Shown piece by piece: positions 39,182 through 51,726 of a stretch of DNA of 64,000 nt. Under the pieces are notes generated by a model. The model did no database searches and was not told the DNA's origin. It saw nothing but the letters and a program-made list of their open reading frames with translations. The stretch is taken from the NCBI GenBank assembly GCA_951406725.2, contig OX597814.1, positions 200,942,001 through 201,006,000 on the forward strand, written 5' to 3'. The position numbers and the translations under genes were made by a program. Each line of letters begins with the position of its first letter. The stretch's first letter is position 1. This DNA comes from Octopus vulgaris. Taxonomy: Eukaryota.

Positions 39182-39466
39182 AATAATTAATTAACAAGGG
39201 TGAGAGAATTAGATACTAATTTAATAGTATATCTATTCAACACCAAGTGGCCTAGTGCTCCGAGAAACCTGGATTATTATAATATTTTATAATATATTAT
39301 AATATTTTTACAAAATAAATATAAGAGAGTGGTCACTATATGGCTCACTCTAGCACCAGTTAATCCAAAAGGTTTCAACCACAAAAATACATGTTTCCCA
39401 TGAAAGTCAGTACGATTGTTAGCTCACACGGACAGGGCAAATAAAAAATAACAAAAATACAGATTA

Positions 39467-39548
39467 TTTTGGGACAATTGTTTCGCTATTAATGAATTAA
39501 ATGTAATATTACTTACAAAAAAATCCACTTGTAGCTCCTCAGCCAAAA
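39467..39548 (-). ncRNA. Type I hammerhead ribozyme (minus-strand copy)
   Basis: TTTTGG-CTGAGGA-GCTA..TAGC-GAAA-CAATTG-TC-CCAAAA: 6-bp stem I, intact core, GUC triplet. Confidence 0.88.
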
Positions 39549-39921
39549 CTATCAGGATGAAATCCACTCAATCACACGCCAGACTTTACCATAACAATAA
39601 ATACACGTGTGGTTCAATTGATTACATCCGACGTTATAATTCAAATGCCCCTACTAACAGGTAGGTTTCTCGGAGCACTAGGCCACTTGGTGTTGAATAG
39701 ATATACTATTAAATTAGTATCTAATTCTCTCACCCTTATTAATTAATTATAATTATGCTACATTTATTTCTAAATGCAGTATTTGTTTTCCGTGAAAGTT
39801 TGGCGCGCTGTTAGTAGGGGCATTTGAATTATAACGTCGGATGTAATCAATTGAACCACACGTGTATTTATTGTTATGGTAAAGTCTGGCGTGTGATTGA
39901 GTGGATTTCATCCAGATAGTC

Positions 39922-39999
39922 TTGGCTGAGGAGCTACAAGTGGATTTTTTTGTAAGTAATATTACATTTAATTCATTAATAGCGAAACAATTGTCCCAA
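39922..39999 (+). ncRNA. Type I hammerhead ribozyme (plus-strand copy)
   Basis: TTGG-CTGAGGA-GCTA..TAGC-GAAA-CAATTG-TC-CCAA, with palindromic stem III ACAATTGT. Confidence 0.88.
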
Positions 40000-40185
40000 A
40001 ATAATCTGTATTTTTGTTATTTTTTATTTGCCCTGTCCGTGTGAGCTAACAATCGTACTGACTTTCATGGGAAACATGTATTTTTGTGGTTGAAACCTTT
40101 TGGATTAACTGGTGCTAGAGTGAGCCATATAGTGACCACTCTCTTATATTTATTTTATATATATAAATATATATGTGTATATATA

Positions 40186-40243
<58 letters not shown>

Positions 40244-40254
40244 CATATACGTAT

Positions 40255-41730
40255 ACTTGTAAAGGTACCTGGCGTTGCTTGGGAATGTAATTGTTCCTTA
40301 TATATTGAAAGAAAAAAGCAAAGTATGTTGTATAAAAATTTGTTATTCTAAATTCAATTTATTCTTCAATTATGAAGAACTAATAATCACCATCATCATC
40401 ATCATCATCATTTAACGTCCGCTTTCCATGCTGGCATGGGTTGGACGGTTCAACTGGGGTCTGGGAAGCCAGAAGGCTGCACCAGGCCCAGTCTGATCTG
40501 GCAGTGTTTCTACAGCTGGATGCCCTTCCTAACGCCAACCACTCCGTGAGTGTAGTGGGTGCTTTTTACGTGCCACTGGCACAGGTGCCAGACGAGGCTG
40601 GCAAACGGCCATGATCGGATGGTGCTTTTTACATGCCACTGGCATGGGGACCAGACGAAGCTGGCAACGGCCACGGTCGGATGGTGCTTTTTACGTGAAT
40701 AATAACAATAATAATAATAATAATAATGATAATAATGATAATAAACGAAAATACAAAATTTACCACATTTTTGAAGTGAGATAAATTTTATCACATATGT
40801 TGAAGGAAATTACATAAGAACTTCTGGGTAAACAACATTCTTTGTTTATTGGTTTAGAGCATAGACAAACGAGTGTTGCAAAGTACCAACCCTGGAGCAA
40901 CCAACATGAAGTTGACCATGAGAAAAGCAAAGCAAATTAAGTGCAAGCCAGTAAATTTCAAAATCTGACCTTGAGCTTTATCAATAGACATTGCAAAGCA
41001 AAGTTGCATGGGGAATTGTGTTCGTTTGAACTCAAATGGCATGTCTGCTGGTTTGATTGGAATTCTTGGAATGAAAAGCTCTTCCCCAGAGGCACATCCA
41101 TTGATGATGGTAGCTTCTATCCCTTTAAGTGATAATGTCTTCATAATCAACCTTGTTCCATTGCATATTTTAGGATTTAAGTTTCTTAGAAGCATTATTA
41201 GGACTCCTAATTTCAGGAAAAGTTTTTGTGGAGCAGTTCCAGGTGGCTCAAGAGAATTAAGGAACTCTGTTGAGTAATGGACAGCTTGATTTTAATCAAG
41301 GACTGAATTAACTGATTTGTACTCCTTAATGACTGTTGGAATCTTATTCATTAATTCATGGTTAATCCTTGCTACTGTCTCATTTTTTGGAGCAAGAATT
41401 GCACTTTCCCACAACCATTTATGTAAATTATAATTATTACTTTAAGTCTGGAAATATCCTGTTCTTCGATTCAATTGGGGAATTCACAAATTCACCATGA
41501 TAGCAATATGAGCCAAATTGATATCACCATTCCCATCAAATGATACTTTCCCATTTCCTAATTGGAGGAGCCAGGATGCAAACTGTTCTGCACATTGGTC
41601 CTCATGTAATAAAGCTCACACATTAGTACTGAAGGAGAATTTCTGTACTTTATTCCATAGGTGTGAAGACTTAATGCATACTTTTATTTCATCACATATT
41701 GTTCCTCTCAGAATGACTGATAATGTCTGT
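40255..41730 (-). mobile_element. Second Helitron remnant (PIF1 helicase C-terminus), interrupted by a family C copy at ~40390-40697
   Basis: LLRNLNPKICNGTRL...FIPRIP...PFEFKRTQFPMQLCFAMSIDKAQGQ and AILAPKN. Decayed 3' end CCCAAGCAACGCCAGG...CAAG near 40255. Confidence 0.9.
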
Positions 41731-42562
41731 CTGAAGAGGGGGGAAGATGTAATTGATTTCACTCTGATTTAAAAATTGCTGTTCTTGTGCTAAAATTTGA
41801 AATCCTTGTTATCATTATTATTATTGAGTGAGAGAACAGCACATGCCATCAAAGTGACACTAGGGTAAAAATATACCAAGCCTAGTATACCCATTATGAC
41901 TACCCATCTGATAAGGGTACACCAGGCACATGTATCACAACCATATGTGTGTGAGATTATGATCTCATATCAAGATAAACAGTACAGGACCTTGCTGGTG
42001 GGGCCCAGTTAGAAAATTCTTCAAGTTGAGTAGCCTATCCCACCCAAAAGGTCCCTGAATAAGGGTTAAGGATGTTGAATGAAACACTCATGTTTCCAGA
42101 TTTGAATTATTCAAGTCTCAAAGAATTTCTCTCAGCACATAGTTATGATGCTCTCCAACTACTTCTGCTCCTGATCAGTGATGCATATATTGTCAGCCAC
42201 TAAGGGACATGCTTGAATATTTAAGGTCAAACAACTGACAAGCAAATCTGTGATATTGAGCCGAATATTTACTGTAGCCCATCATTTTATTATTTTCTAA
42301 TGGAGGACATCACTAGATTTTCTCAAATTTTATCGATTCATTTGAACTTGTGACTTACACAGCTTGAGAGAAAAATTATAGAGAAAGTCACTTTTCACAA
42401 ATGTAAATTCTAAACTTTTTGCCACTGAAGATTGTAATAAACATACAAACAGCTGTCTTGCTTTTGTTAATTGTTTTAGATGCCTGTCTAGTCATAATCA
42501 AACCCCCAACATCCTGTTGTTCATTTCGTTCTTGACCCAATGGAATATCTGTGATGTGAGAA

Positions 42563-42798
42563 CCATCCGTTCGTGGCCGTTTGCCAGCTCTATCTGGCAC
42601 CTGTGCGGGTGGCACGTAAAAAGCACCCACTACACTCACGGAGTGGTTGGCGTTAGGAAGGGCATCCAGCCGTAGAAACACTGCCAGATCTGACAAGGCC
42701 TGATGAAGCCTTCTGGCTTCACAGTTGAACCCCAGTTGAACCATCCAACCCATGCTCACATGGAAAATGGATGCTAAACGATGATGATGATGATGATG
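42563..42798 (+). mobile_element. Family C repeat
   Basis: Family C body with an (ATG)n tail. Confidence 0.8.
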
Positions 42799-43287
42799 TG
42801 ACAGTTGGAGGGAGGAAGGTCTCCACTAATACCCAGTGAGTACTCCTTATGGATGAGTAAACTGGGAGCAGCATGAGATAAAGTATCTTGCTCAAGGAAT
42901 TAACGAGAAATCCAGTCAAAGAATTGAACTCACACTCATTTGATCATGAGCCAAATGCCTCACTGGGCTGCATGCTACAATAAGAAGACACTGTAATAGT
43001 TGACCTTTGACATTTGACCCTTGATGAAATGAAAGACTAAATGTCATTATCGTTTAGGATCAAGTTAGCTATTTGCTAAAAATATTGAATTGTTATCATA
43101 TTGACTCCATATACAACGGAATTTATGTCCCATGTGGTGAAACAAAACTTGGTTTTGACATTGCAAATCCAGCATTTAATAAAATAAGCTGTTGGCATGT
43201 TTAAATCAGCCATAAGAAGATTGAAATGTCATCTTATATTATTGAATTTATTAACTGATCTATATACCATTGATTGGTTTAATATCA

Positions 43288-43338
<51 letters not shown>

Positions 43339-43365
43339 GTTTATATATATATATGTATATATATG

Positions 43366-43398
<33 letters not shown>

Positions 43399-43474
43399 AA
43401 GTATGTATGTATGTATATCATTTCAATGTTTCTTTCTCGGAATGACTTTGCTTGTATGTAAGAAAGCAGTTAAG

Positions 43475-43526
<52 letters not shown>

Positions 43527-43941
43527 ATATAAACGGTGTGATTTGAATAGGTTTGCAACAGAGTATTATTCCTTATGTGATGTGTTTACATCGATGTATC
43601 TGGGAATGTAACCTTGTCATGTTTAATCTAGCCTGTGACATATCGCGGCAACTCACATTAAATGATTTTTACACTATAATATTTTCGAATATTAACCTCA
43701 TTTTCAGACAGGAAGTATTTCATGATATTTATATCTATGCAACGTTTTGATTGATTTCATCTCCAAATATTATTGGTTGTGTAATTGGGAATTTAGCTTT
43801 CCAGCCACGTGGTTTCGTGTTTAGTTCCATTGCGTAGCACTTTTGGCAAATGTAGGCCTTGACCAAAGCATTGAAGTGGATTTGGTTGAAGGAAACTAGA
43901 ACTGAAAGAAGACCATCATATATTCAATATACTTATTAAAA

Positions 43942-44056
43942 ATGGCCATATCACGTTGAAAGCACTGGTTCTCGTCTGATCACTGAAGTTAAGCAACATC
44001 GAGCTTAGTTAGTACTTAGATGGGTGACTGCTTGGAAAACTTAGGTGCTGTAAGCA
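43942..44056 (+). pseudogene. 5S rRNA pseudogene
   Basis: GGCCATATCACGTTGAAAGCACTGGTTCTCGTCTGATCACTGAAGTTAAGCAAC...GTTAGTACTTAGATGGGTGACTGC...GGTGCTGTAAGC. Near full length, solitary, missing the first few nt, with several CpG>TpG changes. Confidence 0.92.
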
Positions 44057-44071
44057 TCACACATCTTTTAT

Positions 44072-44770
44072 AGGCACAGAAGTGGCTGTGTGGTAAGTAG
44101 GATGCTTACAAACCACATGGTTCCGGGTTCAATCCCACTGCATGGCACTTGGGCAAAGTGTCTTCTACTATAGCCTTAGGCTGACCAAAGCCTTGTGAAT
44201 GGATTTGGTAGATGGAAACTGAAAGAAGCCCATCGTATTATATGTATATATATGTGTTTGTGTGTCTGTGTTTGTCCTCCCCAACATTGCTTAACAACCG
44301 ATGCTGGTGTGTTTACTTCCCCGTAACCTAGCGGTTCAGCAAAAGAGACCGATAGAATAAGTACTAGGCTTACAAAGAATAAGTCCTGGGTCGATTTGCT
44401 CGACTAAAAGGTGGTGCTCCAGCATGGCTGCAGTCAAGTGACTGAACCAAGTAAAAGCCATATATATATATGGTACACCATTTGTTACGACAATGAGGAT
44501 TTCAGTTGCTCTGATCAACAGAACAGCCTGTAAGTGGCTGAGTACTCCACAGACGTGTGAACACTTAATGTAGTTCTCAAGGAGATTCAGCTTGATACAG
44601 AATGTGACATGGCTGGCCCTTTGAAATACATGCACTACTCATTTTTGTCAGCTGAGTGGATTGGAGCAAGGTGAAATAAAGTGTCTTGCTCAAGGACACA
44701 ATGTATTGCCGGGAATTGAACTCACGAACTTATAGTCATGTGCTGCTTACCTTAACCACTAAGCCAGGCA
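44072..44770. mobile_element. SINE family A (+, 44072-44456) followed by a chimeric minus-strand SINE (~44470-44770; family D-like 3' part, family E-like head)
   Basis: Matches to other copies in the window. Confidence 0.75.
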
Positions 44771-44802
44771 CTTTTACTTATACAGATATATATATATATA
44801 TA

Positions 44803-45299
44803 TAATAGAAATATTAAAATTACTAAGTCTCTCTAAAAGAGAACAACGGCAGCGTTCCCGGAAAATATTAGTTATCGCCATACTAATATGGCATTCTTAT
44901 AAAAATAAGAATAAAGCTGACCGCTTATTAGCTCCATGAGGCCATCGCCTTAAGTTAGCTATTTGATACACAAACTGTATCCATATAACCTTTGAACAAG
45001 GGAGGTCAGTCGCTCCACACTACTTGGCCGGCAGCTACAGACGTGTTTCGGGGTATTGCCCCTTTTCAATGCAGCGTAGCCAAACCAGTAGGTGTCGCTT
45101 CCGACAATCTCTTCTCAAAGGTCTGTAGCTGCCGGCCAAGTAGTGTGGAGCGACTGACCTCCCTTGTTCAAAGGTTATATGGATACAGTTTGTGTATCAA
45201 ATAGCTAACTTAAGGCGATGGCCTCATGGAGCTAATAAGCGGTCAGCTTTATTCTTATTTTTATAAGAATGCCATATTAGTATGGCGATAACTAATATT
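44803..45299 (-). mobile_element. (TA)n-embedded element with a 179-bp inverted repeat and a decayed hammerhead
   Basis: Arms 44864-45042 and 45121-45299 appear identical in reverse complement. Confidence 0.8.
45034..45075 (-). ncRNA. Minimal type I hammerhead with a mutated core
   Basis: GCTGCA-TTGAAAA-GGGG(CAATA)CCCC-GAAA-CACG-TC-TGTAGC. All stems are present; the core is two transitions away from CTGAAGA. Confidence 0.65.
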
Positions 45300-45432
45300 A
45301 TATATATATATACATATATATAAAATACAAAATGGGACAAGAACGCAAAACATCCGGACAACTAGGTGATACAAAAAGGGACAAAAAAACATCCAGATAG
45401 ACGATACAAAAAAACAAAGACGGGTCATTCAT

Positions 45433-46008
45433 GGAGGCCCATTGGTCCAGTGGTTAGGGCAGAGGACTTGCAGTCATAGGATCACAGTTTCAATTCCCAG
45501 ACTGTGAGTGTTTATTAAGCAGAAACACATAAAACCTCACAAGGCTCCAGAAGGTGTGGTGGTGAACCCTGCTGTACTCTTTCACCACAACTTTCTCTCA
45601 CTCTTTCTTCCTGTTTCTGTTGTACCCATTTTTCATAGAGCCAGCCTTGTCACACTCTGTGTCATGCTGAATCTCCCTGAGAACTACGTTAAGAGTACAC
45701 GTGTCTGTAGACTGCTCAGCCACTTGCACATTAATTTCACGAGCAGGCTTTTCGTTGATCAGAGCAACTGGAACCTTCATCGTCATAACCAATGGAGTCC
45801 CATGACTTATATATGTATATATAAATGCATATGTTTGAGTTGGTGTGTGTGTGAGTGTTTCTATATCTGTATGTGTTTGTTGACATTTGTGATCACTGGT
45901 TAAAAAATTTTGGCAGGCAGTGTAGCTATCTTTAGTTCTGTCAACAAATAGTCCTTCAGGAATTTGATATATATCATGAAAATGTATGTATTATATGTAT
46001 GTATGTAC

Positions 46009-46039
<31 letters not shown>

Positions 46040-46588
46040 TGTATGTATGTATGTATGTATGTATGTATGTATGCATATATGTATGAATGTATGTATGTAC
46101 ATATGTCTGTATGAATATATATGTATGTATGCACGTATATATGTATGCACGTATATATGTATGTATGTATTCATATATGTATGCATGTATGTATGTATGT
46201 AATTATGGTGGAGTGCAATGGCCCAGAGGTTAGAGCAGCAGACTCGTGGTCATAGGATCGCAGTTTCGATTCCCAGACCAGGCGTTGTGAGTGTTTATTG
46301 AGCGAAAACACCTAAAGCTCCATAAAACTTGGGCAGCGGGTAGTGGCAAACCCTGCTGTACTCTTTCACCACAACTATCTCTCACTCTTTTTTTCTGTTT
46401 CTGTTGTACCTGTATTTCAAAGGGCCAGTGTTGTCCCACTCTGTGTCATGCTGAATCTCTCTGAGAACTATGTGAAGGATATGTGTGTCTGTGGAGTACT
46501 CAGCCACTTGCACATTAATTTTATGAGCAGGCTGTTCCGTTGATTGGATCAACTGGAACCCTCGTTGTCGTAATCGGCAGAGTGCCAT
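45433..46588 (+). mobile_element. Two family D SINEs (45433-45800 and 46208-46588)
   Basis: tRNA-like heads of the GGAGGCGCAATGGCCCAGTGGTTAG...GTTTCGATTCCCAGACC type. Another copy lies at 62231-62610. Confidence 0.85.
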
Positions 46589-46620
46589 GATATATGTATG
46601 TATATATGTATGTATGTATG

Positions 46621-46654
<34 letters not shown>

Positions 46655-47020
46655 TATACGTATGTATGTATGTATATACGTATGTATGTATGTATGTGTG
46701 TGTATGTATGTATGTGTATGTGTGTGTGTATGTATGTATGCATGCATGCATGCATGCATGTATGTATGTATGTATGTATGTACGTATGTATGTACGTATG
46801 TATGTATGTATGTGGGTATGTATGTTTATATGCATGTCCAGAAACACAAAACATAAAACAACATCTACCTTAGATGTCAATTTTTCAATTGCTAATAGAA
46901 TATACCTGAAACTCATCAGGTATGTTGACTAAGCAACAGATGAAAGGGTGCTGACTAGGCAACAGGGGAGATAGAAACAGTAGGTGCAATATAGACAAAA
47001 GGCCCAGATATAGTGATATA

Positions 47021-47228
47021 CAGGGTGGGCCAAACGTTATGCACCAAAACATTTCACCTTTTATATTATGTTATTTTTATCATTATTTATTTTGTTCACC
47101 ATGAACAAGAATGTGTGTATTCATCATTATTTTATTTATTTGATTCAATTTTAGAAATATTGAAGCATGTCTTTGACACTTCCAGAGCATATTGAACTTA
47201 TTTTGTACATGGCTTTTGGCCCATCCTG
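47021..47228. mobile_element. Tc1/mariner-type MITE
   Basis: TA-CAGGGTGGGCCAAA ... TTTGGCCCATCCTG-TA: TIRs with a TA TSD. Confidence 0.85.
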
Positions 47229-47721
47229 TATAATATATTCCAACTCCTGTTGCTACCCATCATCAATTTGATTCTAAAAGTTTCTGCAGTTTTCTCTTCA
47301 TCTTTGTCAGATATTGTCTTTTGTATTGTTATTGTAAATTGTTATATTTATTTAAAAAAAGGAAAAAAAAAAATCAGACATTCATAGATTAATGGACATC
47401 TTTGAGTTTTGATGTTAGCCATTTGTAAAAGGAACCAAACATTAAAAAATAAAAGAAATCAAGAAATATTGTTTTCTGAAGTTAGGAAATAATGAATTTC
47501 TTTAAAATACAGGAAAAAAACATCTTAAGAAGCAGAGAAAAAGAACAAAGAAAAAAAAATCATCATAATTACTATAAAATTAAATATTATTTTAAATTAT
47601 TGATTTCCAATTGTAAACCCCTTAATCACATGGAATAAACAAAGTCGGGTGCATATAATAAATTCCTCATGGAAACCAATAAATCAATATGAGCAACTTC
47701 AAGATCTAACAGAAATATAAA

Positions 47722-48112
47722 CAGGAGTGGCTGTGTGGTAAGTAGCTTCCTTACCAACTACATGGTTCCGGGTTCAGTCCCACTGCATGGCACCTTGCAC
47801 AAGTGTTTTCTACTATAGCCTTGGGCTGACCAAAGCCTTGTGAGTAGATTTGGTAAACAGAACCTGAAAGAAGCCCATTGTATATATGTATATATATGCG
47901 TGCGTATATGTTTGTGTATCTGTGTTTGTCCCCCCACCATCGCTTGGCAACCAATGGTGGTGTGTTTACATCCCTGTAACTTAGCGGTTCAGCAAAAGAG
48001 ACCAATAGAATAAGTACTAGGCTTCCAAAGAATAAGTCCTGGGGTCGATTTGTTCAACTAAAGGCAGTGCTCCAGCATGGCCACAGTCAAATGACTGAAA
48101 CGAGTAAAAAAG
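47722..48112 (+). mobile_element. SINE family A
   Basis: Matches the family A consensus. Confidence 0.9.
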
Positions 48113-48214
48113 AAAAGAGAGAAAAGAGATTATGTGCGATGGTTTACAGTGCTTCGTTCAGTTTCTGCTAATACAAGGTGTGGCACAAAAAGCATATTAA
48201 AGGATAAAGGTAAA

Positions 48215-48550
48215 AGATAAAGACACTCTTCAGTCATGAATGGTCATGGGATTGCATCTAGAAAGTTACCCTCCTGGACAACAAGTCCAGGCAAGGTTGT
48301 TTATGGAAGACCAGCAGTTACCCATTCATACCAGCCTCCTCTCTCCATGTCACCAATGTTATCCAAGGGAAAAGCAAAGGCTGATACGTCTTGGCAACAG
48401 TGATGTTGCAATTCATATCTACAGATGAGTGAACTGAAGCAATGTGAAATTAATGTGTCTTGCTCAAGAACACACCACACAGCCTGGTCCAGGAATCGAA
48501 CTCACTATCTCATTGTTGTGAACCTGACACTCTAACCACTGAGCCATGTG
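48215..48550 (-). mobile_element. tRNA-headed SINE, family E (second copy ~61075-61370)
   Basis: Minus-strand head GGCTCAGTGGTTAGAG...GAGTTCGATTCC, then GTGTTCTTGAGCAAGACAC central domain. Confidence 0.8.
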
Positions 48551-48848
48551 ACACCTTATATTTTACAAATCAAGAATTATGAACCTGGGAGGGTTTTTTT
48601 TATCACACTCTGTATTGTCTTAGCTGTGTGGTAGCATATCTGCTTCTTAATCACATGGTTCCAGGTTCAGTCCCACTGTGTGGCACCTTGGGCTAGTTTC
48701 TTCTTGTACAGCTCCAGGCCAACCAAAGTTTTGTGAGTGGATTTAGTGGGCAGAAACTGAAAAGAAGCTCTTTGAATATATGTATATATATCTATATATA
48801 TATAGATATATATATATCATCATCATCGTTTAACATCCGCTTTCCATG

Positions 48849-48888
<40 letters not shown>

Positions 48889-49023
48889 GAGTTCAGCAAA
48901 AATTTAGATTGAGATGAATATGGTACTTAAGTTGAGGCACCATAATTTTGTATGGTATTATCCATACAATTTCAAAATAAGGTGATTAAAATCAAAATAA
49001 GCAACAAGGATATCCAGGAGTAA

Positions 49024-49115
49024 TGCAGTACGATCGTTTCATGGGACTCCATTTAATTGAACAGTGCAATCATTTCATTACATCAATTTAAAATGTAGAG
49101 CAATCTTCAGCTGCA
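49024..49115 (-). ncRNA. Type I hammerhead ribozyme with weak stem II closure
   Basis: TGCAG-CTGAAGA-TTGCTC..GAGTCCCAT-GAAA-CGATCG-TA-CTGCA. Palindromic stem III ACGATCGT and a GUA triplet. Confidence 0.72.
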
Positions 49116-49617
49116 CAAAGACATAGAATTTAATTAAATTAGAAGGACACGTTGGTATAATTTTACCTGAAATCTCCAAGAGGATAAGAAGATAGGCAAA
49201 GAACATGTTTTACCAACAATATCACAGGTGTTACTGAAATCTTTTTCTCCTGCAGACACTGCCTGTCACTGATTGTTCTGTTATTTAGTTTTATTATGAG
49301 GGGTGGGGTCAGTTTTAATTTATAGACTAGTTTATCAAATCCGTTGCATATTTAAGGCTGAGAGAAGACAGAGGGTAGTATCTGTTTGGGGTAGAGTTGG
49401 TGGAGTAGACAGACATTCTAAATGGCATAGTCATAAAAATCAAGATTTATTTGAAGCAATGTCATGAGGTTTAGTAAGAGAATACTTAAAACAAGATGTT
49501 GGCTGATAATTAAGGGATACCCACTAGCAGACCAATGATAATGGGACAGGGTAAGTCTTATCATGTAGTACTACAGTTAACTACTATAAAACAATTCTGC
49601 TATATTGTATACAGATA

Positions 49618-49849
49618 GGGCGGCGAGCTGGCAGACACGTTAGCGAGCTGGGCAAAATGCTTAGCGGTATTTCGTCTGTCGTTATGTTCTGAGTTCAAAT
49701 TCCGCCGAGGTCGACTTTGCCTTTCATCATTTCTGGGTTGATAAATAAAGTACCAGTTTCACACTGGGGTCGATGTAATCGACTTAATCCCTTTGTCTGT
49801 CCTTTTTTGTCCCCTCTATGTTTAGCCCCTTGTGGGCAATAAAGAAATA
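49618..49849 (+). mobile_element. SINE family B with a 17-bp TSD
   Basis: TATATTGTATACAGATA at 49601-49617 and 49850-49866. Confidence 0.92.
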
Positions 49850-50025
49850 TATATTGTATACAGATAAAGTTTAGGGATATTCAAAAGATTATTAAGAAGA
49901 ATATTTATGAATACTTCTTAGTATATATCAAAACTTTACCACCATACGGGGAATGATGAGGATGATATATATATATTTATACACACACACACACACACTG
50001 GATATCCTTGTTGCTTATTTTGATT

Positions 50026-50075
<50 letters not shown>

Positions 50076-50213
50076 TATGTATATAATTTATCCCAAAGAA
50101 ATGAAGGAAAATATGCAAGAAAAAACAAGAATCTGAGAAAGTGGTACATGCAAAGGATACATACATACATATATACATACACACACACATACATACATAC
50201 ATACATACATACA

Positions 50214-50247
<34 letters not shown>

Positions 50248-50258
50248 CATACACATAC

Positions 50259-50263
<5 letters not shown>

Positions 50264-50289
<26 letters not shown>

Positions 50290-50645
50290 TGTGTACAGTG
50301 CTCAGGTGCACTACAACTCATCTAAAGTGTATATATAATCAGGTGAAATTTCGGCGGATTTCGGAAAGCATGAGGGCCTTAAAAGATGCAGTGTCATGGC
50401 AGTCAACAACTGACGCAGGCAGTTTATTCCATGCTTCAGCAACTCTGAGCGTGAAAAAATGTTTCCGAAAGTCATGGGAGCTGTATTGTTTTCTGACTTT
50501 GTAGGCATGTCCACGTGTGTTAGACACATGGAGATCAAAAAGGTGTTCAGTGTTGTTGTTGGTGAGGTGGTTGATAACTTTGTGGGTGTTTACCAAGTCC
50601 GTCGCCAAACGCCGGAGCTTCAGTGAATCCATGCCCAGGGAAACA
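50264..50645 (-). mobile_element. CR1-type LINE 3' end with an (ATT)n tail
   Basis: LGMDSLKLRRLATDL...TRGHAYKVRK...RKHFFTLRVAEAWNKLPASVV...FK. Confidence 0.9.
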
Positions 50646-51119
50646 AGGAACATAAGTACATACATGTATACATAAGTACATAAGTACATACATGTATACA
50701 TACATATTGCAATAATGTGGTGTAAGTTATGTCTATTGATTGCCAGCAATGTTGTTCTGTAGATTCTTGTTTTAAATCTGACAACTTGCACTTTATTGTT
50801 AAGAAAAGGTCATGTTCAGGTTTTTACATTTACCTTCTCCCATCAGAGCGAATTGAATCGTTGAATTGCTATGTAACAGCTGTGCTCCTGAAGGCACTTA
50901 ATGAAATTATCTTTACTCTTGGAGGGAAATATCAAAGAAGGCATACATACAGAAGTAAGTTAGTAGCCAATCAGTAAGTGTAGCCGAGACTTCTGCTAAG
51001 AATAACTGCTCCGATTGAAATGAAGCTAAATATAATTTAAGTTCGCAGATTCTTGACTTTCTAAAGTATGCCGCAACACACAAAGAAAAAAAATGTCTGT
51101 GAATGCATGAGTTACTTAA

Positions 51120-51339
51120 CCCTTTCATTACCAACCTGGCTGAAACCGGCTCTGGTTCTGAATACAAGTGTCTTGCTTTTATAAGTTTTGAATTAAAATC
51201 TTCCACCAAACCTTAGTCACAATTTATGTTCCTAACACTAGTTTGATGATAACTAAGCTATTTTACTAAATTCTTTCTTATATTTAAAGTAATTGAAAGA
51301 AACACAGAGCATCTAAAAATAAATACAGTAACAAAAGGG
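51120..51339. mobile_element. piggyBac-type MITE
   Basis: TTAA-CCCTTTCATTAC ... GTAACAAAAGGG-TTAA. Confidence 0.85.
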
Positions 51340-51678
51340 TTAAAGACATGGGTAATTAAAAACTTGCTACCTTAAGATTGTTAGAAAAATATTTCTTTGA
51401 AAGTGTGTCTGCAAAGATGTATGTGACAAGGTTGATAATCAACCAATGCATTGAGGTATGTTACCAGTTGTTGTCTGGTATATCTCTTATCGATGTATCA
51501 TTGTGGAAGATATAGAACTTGCTAGACATAACACCTTTATTTCTTACTTATTTTTTCTCCCTCTCTACATTCATGTAACAATTGTCACTCAGGTAACTCA
51601 ACTTGAAGTAGCAAGATGTTCTATAAGTTGGGATATCATCATATTATATAGCTACAGATATAATTGCCTACGTTTATA

Positions 51679-51726
<48 letters not shown>

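Larger units (their letters stand above)
39183..40156. mobile_element. (TA)n-embedded non-coding element with overlapping inverted repeats and two hammerheads
   Basis: 39312-39660 is the reverse complement of 39808-40156 (near-identical), and 39183-39270 is the reverse complement of 39663-39750. Confidence 0.85.
48888..50027 (-). mobile_element. (TA)n-embedded Penelope-like remnant with a hammerhead and a short inverted terminal copy
   Basis: 49998-50026 is the reverse complement of ~48989-49017. Hammerhead at 49024-49115; (TA)n at both ends. Confidence 0.6.
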
